A DNA stretch of 63,057 bases, counting the filler, from Nemertoderma westbladi (taxonomy: Eukaryota > Animalia > Xenacoelomorpha): the NCBI GenBank assembly GCA_032718475.1. It is 3 parts of 3 records of this genome, joined end to end, with 100 filler letters (N's around TTAATTAATTAA, not from the genome) between each part and the next. Parts side by side here need not be neighbours in the genome. Positions count along the whole stretch, not along the records: positions 25,277 to 45,819 come from JAUCBJ010008476.1; positions 45,920 to 63,057 come from JAUCBJ010002438.1; 1 more part is not named here. One strand, written 5' to 3'. Numbering within the stretch: position 1 is the stretch's first letter; each line of letters begins with the position of its first letter. Below, in pieces: positions 36,115-49,860 of this stretch. The notes under the pieces were generated by a model. The model had not been told where the DNA came from and made no database searches. It saw only the letters and a program-made list of their open reading frames with translations. Position numbers and translations under genes: made by a program.

Positions 36115-37370
36115 CAATTCTTCCACCATGCTTACTCACTCCATGAGGCTGCCAAAGCACAAGATTATGCACTGGCTGGTCCTCACGGCGAAAGCAATGT
36201 CCTGCAAAGCATATATACCTCATATACTCCCATATAAGAGTACTGGAACTACTGCTGCCATAAATAATCGAACCTTAAGGTTCCGTTTTATTCAATGGGA
36301 CTTCCAAATCCTGGAAAGCCTATTCAAGGCTGCCCATGCCTTTCCCTTACGTATTCGAAGATCCTCACCTGACTTCCGGATCTATGATCCCAGGTAACAG
36401 AAGTCGTCCACATGCTCAAGCATACCATCATTTGAGCTTATGCTCATCCAATCAGAGACTTGCTGAGGACTTTCAAAGTTAACTGTCAAAATTTTGGTCT
36501 TTCTGGAGTTAATAAAAAGACCAACACTAGAAGCAGCATGTTCTAATGAGCTGAGGAGCCGTTGGGCTCCCTCTAGTGATTCTGAGAGTACTCCTAAGTC
36601 ATCAGCAAAGTCTAGATCAGTTAGGTACTTGGCAGGATTTCCTCGACTTCTGGAGCCAGTAGGTGGAGTTATCATCACCCCATCATCATTATGATGATCT
36701 AAGGACATGCGTAGAACATAGTCAACCACAATTATGAACAAGAATGGTGCAAGTGTGTCTCCCTGGAGGACGCCCCATAACACTTCAAATGGTTCTGTGT
36801 CACCACCAACAGTAGACACAAATGTTGTCGAACCATCGTATACTGATCTGATTGCTGCAATAATTTCATCAGGAATCCCATATAATGAAAGTATGCTGAA
36901 CATACGTGAGCGAGAGACTGAATCAAAGGCCTTGAAGAAGTCAACAAAGATAACAGCCAGATGCCTGTCTTCTTTTTTGACCCCACGGGTTTTTAGGTTG
37001 CTCTACTTTGGGGGCTGGGACCAACATATTTGTTTTCAGTTCTTGAGGGACTGTCTTTGTCCTATGTCCAGTCCACAATAATGGGTGAATGAGCTTCAAA
37101 CACATTTCACAAACAACATTTTAAAGACCTCAGGGGGCACGCCATCTACTCCACTGGCACGATTGGTCTTGATGCTCTTTGCTGCAGTTTTAATTTCAGC
37201 AAAGGAGATGTAACCAATTCGGATATCTGTGAACACAGACTCAGATACAAAGGTTTCAACACAGACTCAGATACAAAGGTTTCAGGCAATAGAATGCCCG
37301 GTCATTGTTTAGAAGCTTCTCAAAGTATGCCTTCCAACCTTTGAGGCGTTCAGCTGGAGTCTTTGAATGA
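36115..37370 (-). mobile_element. Decayed RTE-like LINE fragment in an RPL26 intron
   Basis: DFFKAFDS, YGIP, GVLQGDTLAPFLF, DLDFADDL, FCYLGS. Confidence 0.88.
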
Positions 37371-37457
37371 CTCAAAGCGGCCGAATTAATTAGCAGCACA
37401 TCAATATGAATGAAGTAATTTATCTCTGTTAGTTGTATAAGTATCGTGTTCACCTAC

Positions 37458-37598
37458 CTTTGAAGGATGTATTGGTACATTAACAGTGGCACCATTAGCC
37501 TTCTCTCGAGTAACCCTCTCTATGTATATACAGTATTTCTTCCTGTAAACAGATGTTACCTTCCCTGTCTGTTGGCCCTTAAAGTGACCACGAGTTAC
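37458..37598 (-). CDS. RPL26: 60S ribosomal protein L26, middle coding exon
   Basis: TTTAG acceptor, [53 protein letters not shown] donor; 141 nt, phase 0/0. Confidence 0.97.
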
Positions 37599-38962
37599 CT
37601 AAATGAAGTTACGGAAACATTAAATAAAATAATCCAAAACTTTATAGAGGCTCTCAGAGTATTAAAGAAATATTATTGTTTATAAAAATAAATGCGAGAA
37701 ATATCTAAAAAAAATTGAGAAACAGGAAAACATCAAAACCTGTTTATTTTGAGATTCTGAGCCGAATTGCCTGTATAGGATTCTTCTAAAAAGCGCGCCG
37801 ACCCACTTCGAATTGTCCGTTTAATATTATTCTTTATTTACTTTACGCACTATGGGAATGGGGTGAGGATGGGCAGCGTTTAGATGGGACTCATCGTTAG
37901 GCCTATTCAAGCATTCCCCCTCTCTTGTTCTTGTTTGAGTACCGTATATCTCTCTGACATCATCTGGGGAGTAAAATTCTGGCTCTGGGAGAACCGCCGA
38001 AAAGAACTTTACTTTTTTACTTTACTCTATTGCGCTCTAATCGGTTTGCGTACCAGTGATTTTCTCAATGTGCTGGCTAGATAATGTATACCAGTATACT
38101 GGAGTACTTTTATAGCCTACCGGTAGTCAGATAGATATTTATTTATTTAATTATTGACATGTCATCTATTCAACAGTCTCTCTAAATAACATAGTATAAC
38201 TAAATCTATAAAATCTCAACAGGTTCTAACACTTGAATACAAAGTTCGATAAGACAGAACGTAGATTATGGGTTTGTGGATGTCAGGATGTCGGTATTTT
38301 CTAACGGGAAGACGCGCTGCTTTTTCAGGATTGCTCTGACTGGTGGCTGAATAGTGAATACCCGATTCAATAAAGAGCATATCTCTACACCCCTAATCTA
38401 CACACAGACAGACACACCTTTGAGCGGACCCATATTGCTGCAGTTAGAACCTCAAATGTCTGAGTGTATTGGGACTCTAACTCTATCGCTCTTTAAAATA
38501 TGTCAACTGGGGTGACTTTATTTTATATGGTGTTGAATAATTGTTTTTGGGGTCACATTATTTACATTGGCGTAATATAATTTTTTTGGTGAAATTTTCA
38601 TCGATTTTGGTATGACTTTAATTGGTACGGTAGGCCCTAGCCTTTTATATGTAAATTTCATATGTAAGTTGTATGTAATTTTGAATTGTTGCAAATATGT
38701 TGGCTTTTTAATCCTGTAATCTAGGTAGGCCTATGTTTGTTTGTGTTATGATAAAAAAATAACAGGTTATACTGAAAAAAATATAAGTGTTTTGTATTTG
38801 GAATGGGTAAAATGACAAATGCACTTGAAACAAATACCTAAATAAACGCCCTTTTTGAAGGGTGAAAAAATTGCTTCCACTGGTACTCAAACCAATTAGG
38901 CCTATCACTCTTTATTGATCACTTGTGCTGTTGTGTGTGTAGTGGCCTACAGACAGACTAAC

Positions 38963-39130
38963 CTGCACCTCATCATCTTTCCGTATTGGAATGGATCGTA
39001 CGTTGTATTTCTGCCGTAGATCCTTAGACAGCGGGGAACTCATGATCTTGCGGCGTTCGTGAGACGCGGCGTTGAAGTGGGCGCGTCGGTTCTTACGACG
39101 AGAACTCGTCTTACACGGATTCAATTTCAT
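38963..39130 (-). CDS. RPL26: 60S ribosomal protein L26, first coding exon
   Basis: [56 protein letters not shown], then GTTAGT donor; upstream acceptor at 39150-39151. The spliced product is 149 aa. Confidence 0.97.
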
Positions 39131-40097
39131 TTTATATGTGTCTGTTTTTCTGAAACTGCAATGGGACAAGTGCAAACATGAAAAGTAGGAAACCTACTGT
39201 CTACTGATCTGATACTGACTGACTGATGACTACCGGTACCTCCTGATGTCTATCTCTGATAAACGGATAATCAGATAGCCTAGTACAGTACCGCACTACC
39301 GGTAGTAGCTCTAAGCTACTACTGCTGTACTGTACCACCTATACCTAAACCTACTACTGGTATTGCTGTATTCAGGTATTGGTATAGGCCTACACGTTCA
39401 CGTTTTGCATGCGTTTCTCACTCGTTTGTACTATTTTTGCACTGTTTTGTACCTTATTGTACTCTTTAGTACCGGTACTCTTTTTGCTTTTGTCAGTTTG
39501 TACTATATTGTAGGCCCTACTATTTTGTATTTTTTTTGTACAGATTCGTCGGACCGTGAATATATCGACTGGATTCTGGATTGGATATTAAACAGTAGGC
39601 CTACAGAAGACTGGAAGATGAATGATAGGCCTATTGCCTATACTGCTATAGCAGTATAGTGCTATTGACTGCTGGACTGGGTGTTGAACAGCTGAACAGA
39701 AGATGGATAGGCCTACATACAGTTGGCTGTAGGCCTATACCAATATACAGCTATACAAGACATATGACTGTATCAGTGTATGACTGTAATCCTGTAATCA
39801 GGCATCAGGTAATGCAGGTACAAGGTAGGCCTGTAGGCGGTAGCCTAGTTCCTTTGACTGAATGAAGAGAAGAAGGCCGAGCAGCTGATAGACAGATAAC
39901 AGGATAATGAACATGAACAATTCTGCAATTGACAGAACAGTTAGATAAAACAGACAAGGTTAGATAGAACAACACGGTTAGGGTCTGAGGGTTAGACCTG
40001 CAGACGGTAAAATAAACATCTGAACATACTGTATAACAGTCAGACAATACAGCATGCAGGTACCGGTATAGGCCTACTGGTATAAGTCAGTAAGTAG

Positions 40098-41472
40098 TAG
40101 TGTTGAGAACTGAATAAGAATAATTTCAGTTACAGTTACAGTTTCAGTATTCAAAGTTTTGCATTTCAGTTACAGTTTCAGTATTACAAAGTGTAACATT
40201 TCAGTTTCAGTTACAGTTTTGATCGCGATAAAATTTCAGTTACAGTTTCAGTTATAGATTCAATATATTATCCCACAAAGTAAACAGTCATTGAAATAAT
40301 GTCAGTCTCATCGGGGCGGGGTGCAGTGAAGTCACTCACCCAATGAGTCACTTTCCCAACAAAAATCAAACGAATCACTTTGCCCAATAAAAAAGGTAAT
40401 CTATAACTAAAAATGAATCACTTTAATATATATAACTGTAACATACACTAATACTGTAATACCGGTAATATTCATTACGAAACATGCCTCTTTATAGATA
40501 GCCTGTCTGCCTGAGCGGTATAGGTTAGTTGTATGAAAGATGGGATAGGAAAGATGGACCCCATCTATAGTAATATTTTGTAACTATAATATTCTGATAG
40601 TACTGAATGTAATGCTTGTTTCAGTGCTTGTACTGTTATCATTTATTATTTTGGTTATAAAGGCCATGCTTCTACAGTAAAACCTGCTCATTTCCCTTAA
40701 TTTATAATTTGTTGTAGTAATCATATATTTGAATTTTTGGTTAGACCCACCTCGTTAAGCTGCTCCTTTCACTTTTTAAGTTTAATTGTAATTTTGTAAT
40801 TTATAATGGTAAACTTGATAAAAATTTAATTTCCAGTGTACCTCTAGTGTGATATCCCCTGAGATATTAATAGTACCAGTAACATTAATTTTTATAATGT
40901 AAAATATATCCGTTATATCCATCTACCATTACCATTAACTATATTTTTGTTTATCTAAAACATTTACATTTGATATGCGATATTTAGGAAGCAAAGAGTG
41001 CTGATAAGGCTGATAATAGTCTAACAGTTGAGATAGATAAACATGACTAATTAGAACTACATTATATGCTAGATCTTCGTTCATTACTCGATGCTTGATT
41101 CGCCAAATAAATCACAGTTGAGTTAAGTGGGCAATAGGTCTTTGGGCCACTTGACTAATATGGTGGTCCATTACTATCAAAGCCCAAAACTATAATAATA
41201 AATAAAAATACAATGTTTTAAAAATGATACCTATATCGACCACTGTTATTAATTTATTAAACTATTACAATACTGTTTCAAGTGCTCATTCATGTTAGTT
41301 GTGTGGTTGAGAACTGAATCGATTTTTAGTAATTTCAGTTTCAGTTACAGTATTCAAAATTCGCAATTACAGTTACAGTTATAGTTACAATATCAAAAAA
41401 TCATAAAAATCATTCAGTTACATTTGCAGTTACAGTATAATCAGATAATTACAGTTACAGTTCTCAACACTA
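40098..41472. mobile_element. Non-autonomous hAT element
   Basis: 15-bp TIR TAGTGTTGAGAACTG, 8-bp TSD GTAAGTAG, CAGTTA/CAGTTT subterminal repeats. Confidence 0.9.
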
Positions 41473-43484
41473 GTAAGTAGGTACCCCAACTGCCCAAACC
41501 TAACAAGTGTTTTTTAGACATAAAAATTACCGGTTAATCATAAAACAATAAATTTAAATAGGCCCAAGGCGTGGATGGACTGATGGATGCAGGGATGGCT
41601 GGATCCTGCACACAAATTTTTTAGACATTATTATTTTATTTGTTTGACGAGTTGTTTGATGTCATTTTGCTATTTCGTAGCTACTCCATTAAAAAAACAA
41701 ATATTCCAGAATATTTTTTATTACAGTACTGCAGTATATAGTTGAATAATTGAAGACCTGATTGAATGACTTTCTTGAGACGCCTATTAAAAGACACTGC
41801 GTCCTTGATGTTGCGGATAATTTCGCGAAAGTCAAGGGTGATAGGGGGGCATTCCGCGCGGGGTGGAGTAGATACGCCTAGGACACCGGCATAGCATTCT
41901 TATGGCAGCTGCTTCGAGCATGCCGATTTTAGATGATAATTGAAACCTGTAAAAGGTGGACAGTCCAATCACTACGAAATAGCATTGCTTTAATACGTTC
42001 AGACGTTTCTGATTGGTCAGGGTCAGACTATTATCTATATTTTATGTGCCTGTGTCCAGTCCACCTTTTTCAAACTAAAATTGGATCTGGTAAGATCTGT
42101 AAAGGTCAAGAGAAATTTTTAAAGAACTTATTATTATCTTCACAGGCGATATGCCAGAATGGGAAAGATCTTTACGAGAATTTATTAGATCGATATGCAG
42201 TACAGTTCTTAGCACAAAAAATAAAGTCATCATAATAGGGCAGAGAATTGCAGATGGTTCAACGTAATCATATACAGTCGGGGTTACAAAGTTCATCTGA
42301 TCTTTGAGATTTTCTCAAAGTTTTCTAAAAGTGTCTAAAAGTTATTACATTACTCCCAACGGCCACTTTGAATTCTTGCAGACACTTATTTGGGAATCTC
42401 AATGTGATTTCCTGCTTTTAGGCACTTTGAATTCTTTGAGAAAATAAACTTCGAGGTATTCCTGATTGACAGCTCGTTGTAGGCCTAAATTAACAGAAGC
42501 AGAGGTATTCTCGGGGAACAATATCATGCGGGCAACAAAGTGATACATTGTGGGCTGGCCAGTTGTTGCTTAGAAGCTATTCCCATCAATTTATCACATT
42601 GAGGTTCCTGAGGTCATTATGGGATGGGGTTAATTTAATATAGTTTAATATTAACAAGATTAATGCAATAGATTAATTTAATAATAATATAATATAAGAT
42701 TAATTAAGTGAAACTGCTAAACTGCAGTGCAGTTTATCTGTGTATACGCAGTTTCATTGTAATGACCTGAAGAAGCTGTTGGGATAACTTGCTTGTAATA
42801 ACTTTTGTTATTCATTTCATTAGTCACCTGAGGTCAACCCGTACTACCTTAACTGTTTATTATGATAACTACGGTGACTAGAGCGTGGGAATTCCTTCTT
42901 AAAAACGAAGAAAGGCTTTCAAATTTCAAGTAAGACAGAACAGAACGGCTACAATCCTGTGTTGTTTTAACTTAATAGAGATATTGAAATATTCCCTGCC
43001 CCTGGCGTTTTCTATTTGAGCATATTTTAAATGTTTGCCTGATATTCAATTGATGTGTAACGCCTTCTGGCAAAGCGGCACCCAGTTTAAGCTAACAATC
43101 ACAGCTAGCGAGTAGCGACCCACGGACGGCGACCTTCAAACAAACAGGTGCAGAGCCGGAAAGAACTGTCGTAGGCTTTTGCTTGGCTTGTGGTCCCATT
43201 TGATAACTTTAGATTTGGGCAGACTGGGAGGTCGCTCTGACCATATACACTGCGCATCTACAATGCCTAAAACGCCTATGGGAACAACCTACCTATTAGT
43301 GAGCTCGTAGGCCTATCATTTCTCTGTATTCTATTGTATTCTTTACTTTTATAGCATAAAGCTACCAACTTTTTAAACTCAGTGTAGTGTGGCAAAGAAG
43401 GGTTGGTTGACCATTGAAATGCATGGGTGGGTAAAGGAATTCGGCGTTCACATTCCTAAGGCCCTGTGGGCTAAACAGATTTAA

Positions 43485-45098
43485 ACACGTTCGTGGGGCC
43501 TTCGCGCAGCACGAGGCCCAGTTATGAGATACAAATTAAAATTGTGCGACTGTATCACAAAATCAGGTTATGAGAGATTAACCCACACCACCAATTAATC
43601 AAAGAAAGGGGGACAGTACGTGTTCACCCCTTTTTATCTGCACCCTCCCCCCCCCCCCCCCCCACCCACCAAACATAACCGCGACACCTACCACCCACGG
43701 AAGGGTAGCACGAACTTATTTCCAAACGCAGGTTCAATATGCAAAGCCAGGTGGTTTATAGGAATATAATCAATGCAGTACTCGTCTTCATTATAAGCCT
43801 CTTTGCGTTCGACCTGTTTTGTATTAAAATATATTTATTAAACGCAGGCTGACGCTCTTTATAATAATAATACCTAGGGATGCCAGTTCCAGACTTTCAA
43901 TCTTTACTGCCGCGCAAACCCCGCAGAGGAAGTTTTGGTTTGAGAGATCAAGCCCATCGGCAATTGGTGTTACAATTTCGGTCCAGGAACTCTGACAATG
44001 GGAGCATTCAATCTTAGCTGTGGTCCATTCCCGTGGTTTCGGCTTCCTTTTCTTCGTCCCAATGACAGATTCTTCTGAAGACGTTCGATTCGCTTTCAGT
44101 TTATTGTTGGCATTTGTGTTTTGAAGTTGTATTCGAGTGGACAGTCGCGCCGGTTTCGAGGTAACCATACCGACCTGTGATAAGCGTTGGTTTTGTTGAG
44201 TGCCGGTATTCATCTTCTCTCACCTCTTCAATGTCAGATGTTGCAAATACTGATAACACGAATAACGGTATATATTTCAATACTTGTCAATAGTAATATA
44301 TATAATTTAGATAACTATTTTATATCTGTACTGTTGAGCAAACTCTACATAAATTCCAACCTGTGTATCGCCGGTAGTGCTGTTGCTGTGCAAGTGTTGA
44401 TGTGCTAGTTGCCACCGGTCACGCGGTCAGCCGGTACCGGTAGTAGGGTGGTACCTACGGTGCGCACTACAATGGCAGTACAGCAATACGGTGTACCGTG
44501 CCAATGACTGAATGATTAGCGGTAACTATCTAAACTATTACTGTATTACTGTATTATATTATTATTACCGGTGCCGGTACTGGGCTAATTAAGCCTAAAC
44601 TATAATCACCGCAAGGGTTGGCGGGGCCATGTTTAATTAGATTACATGATATGGCATGTCTGCAGTGTATGGTACCGGCTGACCAGTATTGCAGTATTGA
44701 CTGATTGCAGGATTCTCGATTCAGGGAATGAGTACAGCCTGACAGTACCGGTACACATGGTACATGCAGAATTGCAAAATTTGTCAGAAACCCAGCTGAT
44801 ATATCCTACAGTAATAATAATTTAACGCATTTTAAATTTGGTTAAATAAATTTATTATAACTGCAATAACAGTTACACTGATGCTGCACGAAGGCCCCAC
44901 GCAAATTCTACTTGGAAAATTTTCAAACTTTTGCCAAACAACATGTGTACCAAGTTTGGATAGATTTCATCAAGGATTGGCCGAGTTATTAACGTTTAAA
45001 ATAAAATACTGAAAAAAAACGCGACAGAACGACAGAACGACAGGTTGATTAATGGTACCCCTACGCTAAGGCTCACTCACTTCGAGGCTCGCCCCACA
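43485..45098 (+). mobile_element. Helentron/HINE-like interspersed element, copy 2
   Basis: Subterminal inverted repeat GTGGGGCCTTCGCGCAGCA / TGCTGCACGAAGGCCCCAC, core TGTACCAAGTTTG and GACAGAAC repeats. Carries a Cys-finger ORF fragment (43880-44213, minus). Confidence 0.6.
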
Positions 45099-45197
45099 GT
45101 CCGGTTTTAGAGCTATACATTAATATAGATAAGGCAACAGACAACTGTCTAAGACACAAATGCCAACACATTCCGATAGCCCCCAATTATGGCGACT

Positions 45198-45521
45198 CTA
45201 AAGAGTCAAAATATAAATTAATAAAAACCTCTATGAAACAATAAAAATACCTACAAAAAAAATACTGCAGTAATAAATATTTTTATTTTTATTTTTTTAT
45301 ATTTATATTTATATTATTATATTTTTTATATTATTTTTATATTATATTTTAATCTGCAGTAAACAATTTGTTTTTATTACTGCAGTAATAAATATTTGTT
45401 ACTGCGGTAATAATTTATTGTTACTGCAGTAACAAATATACAGTATATTACCCGCAGTATTTTTTGCGTGCATTTTTATTGTTTCATAGAGGTTTTTATT
45501 ACTTATATTTTGACCCTTTAG
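45198..45521. mobile_element. AT-rich MITE with long imperfect TIRs
   Basis: CTAAAGAGTCAAAATATAA...AATAAAAACCTCTATGAAACAATAAAAAT is mirrored at ~45445-45521. Confidence 0.7.
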
Positions 45522-45819
45522 TTAGTCAATATACCCCAAACCATACCCAGCTTGCTTCAGGCAGGACTGCATGAAATGACTGACAGTACAAGATTTCGAG
45601 CTACTTTGAAATCTTTGTGGGCACTTTGTCAATTCTTGGACCACTTTAGAACTTTGAGACACTTTTAGTTCTTTGAGAAAATCTCAAAGAACATATGCAC
45701 TTTGAAACCCGGACTGTAGATGCGACCTGTCCTGTAGTCTGTAGTTGGCCAGGCCTTCATATATGTAGGGTATACTTAAGTGAGGGGGGGCAGCCTCCTA
45801 CGGTTTTTTCGTAGTTTGT

Positions 45820-45919
45820 NNNNNNNNNNNNNNNNNNNNNNNNNNNNNNNNNNNNNNNNNNNNTTAATTAATTAANNNNNNNNNNNNNNNNNNNNNNNNN
45901 NNNNNNNNNNNNNNNNNNN
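45820..45919. other. Scaffold gap with artificial TTAATTAATTAA linker
   Basis: N run containing a six-frame-stop spacer. Confidence 0.99.
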
Positions 45920-48900
45920 GTGCAAAGCCATCAAAACAAACGAGTTCAATTAGTTCACAATTCTTAAAATGTCCAAATGAAAAATTATCACGGCACGGTC
46001 AAAGGTATAATATATAAATATGAAAATAAATAAATAGTAATTAATATGTACAAATTAATATGTAAATATAGAGAAGGCACATAATTTATTCCAGGATATC
46101 GAGGGCCGCGCGTATAAAAATACAGATTTCTCGTGGACGATTCAAGGAAAAGTACATGTCAAGAGAGGCGCAGGATAAATTATTTGCCTGACGCTAATCG
46201 CTAAGCAGGGTGCACTCGCAAATTACGTGGGCTTCGGTTTGCACCAGACCACACTTACAGATCCTGGAGTCTGCAGGAATACGAGACCACCTCCCAGTCT
46301 CTTCTGCTAAACGGGTCGACATCAACCGGAATCTCGTAAAGGCCAAACGATCTGGCTCGTGAACGTTTAAGACTCTGGAGGTGTAAATCTCTGGAGAGGA
46401 GAGCAAAGGGTTCATTGCGCAGTACACCACACATAGGGAGGAAGTGCTTTCTCTTGTCCGCGAACAGATGGCGTCGTGGTCTACCTTTCGGAAATCTATG
46501 TCCAAGTCCGGCGAATTCAGTATTGATGCGAGGCCTTTTGCCATGGTACTGTTACAACCACGTATTAGATCGATTGCGAATATTAGGGGACTATGTAACT
46601 CGGGCCTGCCCAATATCGACTTTAAGAATATGCATTGGTGGTTTAAAATCCACGCCTTTGGAGAAGGCCGACCGGTCTCGAGCAATAACAGATCATGGCA
46701 GGTTTGGTTTCGGACGCCTATGGCAGACTTCAGCATGCTAAAATACTGTGATGATGTAGGAGCGACGTTACCACCAATCCACGCCTCGCACCCATACAGT
46801 ATAGATGACGTCACAGCCGCGTCAAATACCAAAAGCTTCACCAAAGCGGACTAAATGCGTGCTTACTGAGGAAAGAATGGAATTTCGAACAATGCTTTAA
46901 CTTCTCTTTAGCGTGTAATACCATTGCTCTATTTATTCCGCCGGACTGACTGATACAGGCTCCAAGATATATGTAGCTTGTGCAATTCTTAACCATGATT
47001 GTAGAGACTCCAGAGGAAATAACAAAATCTGACAAGTCATCAATATGACCATTAATGACCATAAACTTGATTTTCGATTCGTTGATTGCCATGTTAAATT
47101 CCTCGCAGAAATCTAACAGAATTCTGAGTTTCTCGATAGCGCTCTCTCGTGATGTGGCTAACAAAGCGGAATCGTCCATCAAAAGAAGGGAATGAAGGGC
47201 CTGTAGGAAACCGTCATTTGGGCATTGTTTTAGACGCTTAATAAGAGGGTTTATATACAAGGTGAAAAGTCTACATCTACCTTGCAAAACTCCAAAAATA
47301 AATTTCAGGACAGATGAACTCAAAATACTGACGGTCGAACTGTATAACGCCTGAAGTGCGCGCAGTATAGCGCCGCTGCAACCCATATCCTTGAGTAGTT
47401 GGAATAGTTTCGGACGAGACACCCGGTCATAGGCAGTAGCGAAATCAACGAATATGATATACAGCTTTAGCTTCTTCTTAAGGGCATAGTCGATGAGAAG
47501 GTTCAGCGTCAGAATGTGCTCTTCACATCTGCGCTTCGGCTGCGCTCCAGCCTGCTCGATGTCTGGTAAACCTCACTGGGAAAGGCGTCTGGAAAGTATC
47601 CAATAATACAGCTTCGCGATACAGTTCAGTATGGAAATGCCACGATAGTTAGAACAGATTAACCTCAATCCGCATTTAAACACCGTCACGAGCCGAGATT
47701 GGCACCAGGAAGCCGGGAATGAGGGACCAAAGAAAACTGAGTTAAATAATGTTACGGACAATAAATAAAATCCAGTTTTGCGGAAGAAATTTCAAGAGGC
47801 CGGGAGAAATACCGTCGGGACCAGCGGCCTTATTAGGTTTCAAAGAGTCTATACCTGCGGTAACTTCCTCTATGGTTATTGGCGAATCTAGGACTGGGAT
47901 AAATGGACATTCACTAGTCGATATGTCTCCTGGACCTGTGGTCTGGCTGTCGTTACACAACAGCTTTCCAAAATGCGTGGCGAACTCCTGCTCCGATGGG
48001 GAGTTGTCGCTTGCCGACATGGATGAACTGGGTTCGAGGCCGCCCTTTCAGTTGATTCTCTCCCAGATAGATCGCTCGCTACGACTGGTGGCCAGCTCGT
48101 TCCAGACTTGGTTGGGGTCGGAGGTACCTGTACCTACACTACACTGGGAAAGGACATTCCGAGCAGGCTTAGCCGACCTCGCTGTGTCGTAAATTGCATT
48201 CGCAAAGTAATGTAGTCGTTGTTGGTGAGATCCCGGCTGATAAGAGTGTCGTGAGAACGGAGGGATAATCGAAAAGTCGTTGGTATAACCTGTGCGCATT
48301 TAATTCGCTTCCTACACGGATGCGATTGGTTTGGCTCACTCACATTGTAACTACCCAAAATCTCGGAAAGAGCCAACAGTTGTACATTGGACGGTACGTT
48401 ATCGGGTTTCAGACACATAAAAATTGCATCATGATCCGATGGTAACCACATGTCAATCACCCCAAATTCTGTTACTCCATTGATAATATCATAGCTCACA
48501 ACAGCACGATCGAGTTCCGAAATATAATTACCTTTCTTCCGATACATCAATGCACCACCAAATATTACGTCACCAAATGAACCATAACTAAGGTTTACAA
48601 CTTTACAATCAACCAGTAATTGAATAAATCGTCTGCCGTGTTCACATGAGTAGCAACCCAATCCGTGCATTAAAATCCCCCAAAAGTACAACTGAGCGGT
48701 TGCTACTCATGTCAAATATATGGGACTGTATTTCGGCCCAAATTATCAGGTCGTAATATCGAGTATCAGATGGTGCAATATAAACACAAGCAAAATCAAT
48801 ATTAGGGAAATCAATTAAGCTAACCCATAAAATGTCATGTACATCAGTTCTTATGGATTTTACTTTACAGCCATTCCTTATTAACACAGCCACTCCGCCC

Positions 48901-49860
48901 CTATGGCTGTCACGGCTGGGGTTATGTACCACATTAAAACCCGATACGCTAACATTATAACGTGCTTTAGTTTCTTGTAAAAATATTAAATCGTAAATAG
49001 AAACCGGTGGGTAGAGATATTTCTAGCCAAGTCCGGCACAGTTCCACGACAACAGTCGGATAAAATCAGTTCGCTTGTGGTAAATTAAAAAATTGGCGCG
49101 AACCGGTCTATGATGTCCGTGTCCCGGTAAACCACGCATTCCTTCGGATCGAATTTGATGATGTGACCAACATTCTCCGGCTTCTTCCATTCAACAGCAG
49201 CGACTTTCCTTAGTCTACCAAGCTCCCTGTTGATGGCTGGGTGGACATCCGGTTTCAGGTAAATGTTCTTGAAAGGCTCTGGGGCGTCCTTCAACATCCG
49301 TGCGGCTGAGAGGAAACTACTACGGATGGGTGCCGTGGCTTTCAGCGATATCAGAAGCGGGCGACTCCGCAGTGTGGATACATCGTTGTTGTCCCCGTCT
49401 ACAATTAGCTCCGGCTCTCTAACCTTTCCGAGACGGCGAACCGTGAAACTGTCGGCATCCACCTGGATGTCGAGAAGCTCGAATACAACTGAGCACTTCT
49501 TAGCGTCGTTTACTTCGCCTTCAAACTCGCCTTCTGGGAGGCTGGTACAAACGATGCTTTTACTGCGAAGCTCTCGGTCAATGGATTCTGCGAACGCCAC
49601 ATGGTTATCAATGGTTGCCCGCAGATCAGTGTTCTCGTGCGATAGTTCCGCTACCCGCTCCTCTAACGCAGCCACGCGCTGGTTGACAGTGTTAGAAATA
49701 ATTGAACGCAAGTCGTCGACGGACAAAATCGTTATGGGCGTATTGCCGGAGGGAGGCGGAAAAGCAGTGGCAGTTACCGGTACATTTCCATTGCCAACAA
49801 TCCGCGTACCAAGAGTCGTCGCGTTCGCCCCGGTCAATTGGTTATTTCCAGTTGCTTGGT

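Larger units (their letters stand above)
42275..45716. mobile_element. Tc1/mariner-like non-autonomous element with nested insertions
   Basis: Imperfect ~65-bp TIR CAGTCGGGGTTACAAAG...CTTTGAGATTTTCTCAAAG, flanked by TA on both sides. Confidence 0.7.

Noticed and set aside
37600-38960. Intronic snoRNA in RPL26
   Set aside because: No convincing C/D or H/ACA box arrangement found by eye.
38912-39175. Truncated RPL26 pseudogene
   Set aside because: The remaining exons were found at 37458-37598 and 35876-36016 with canonical splice sites.
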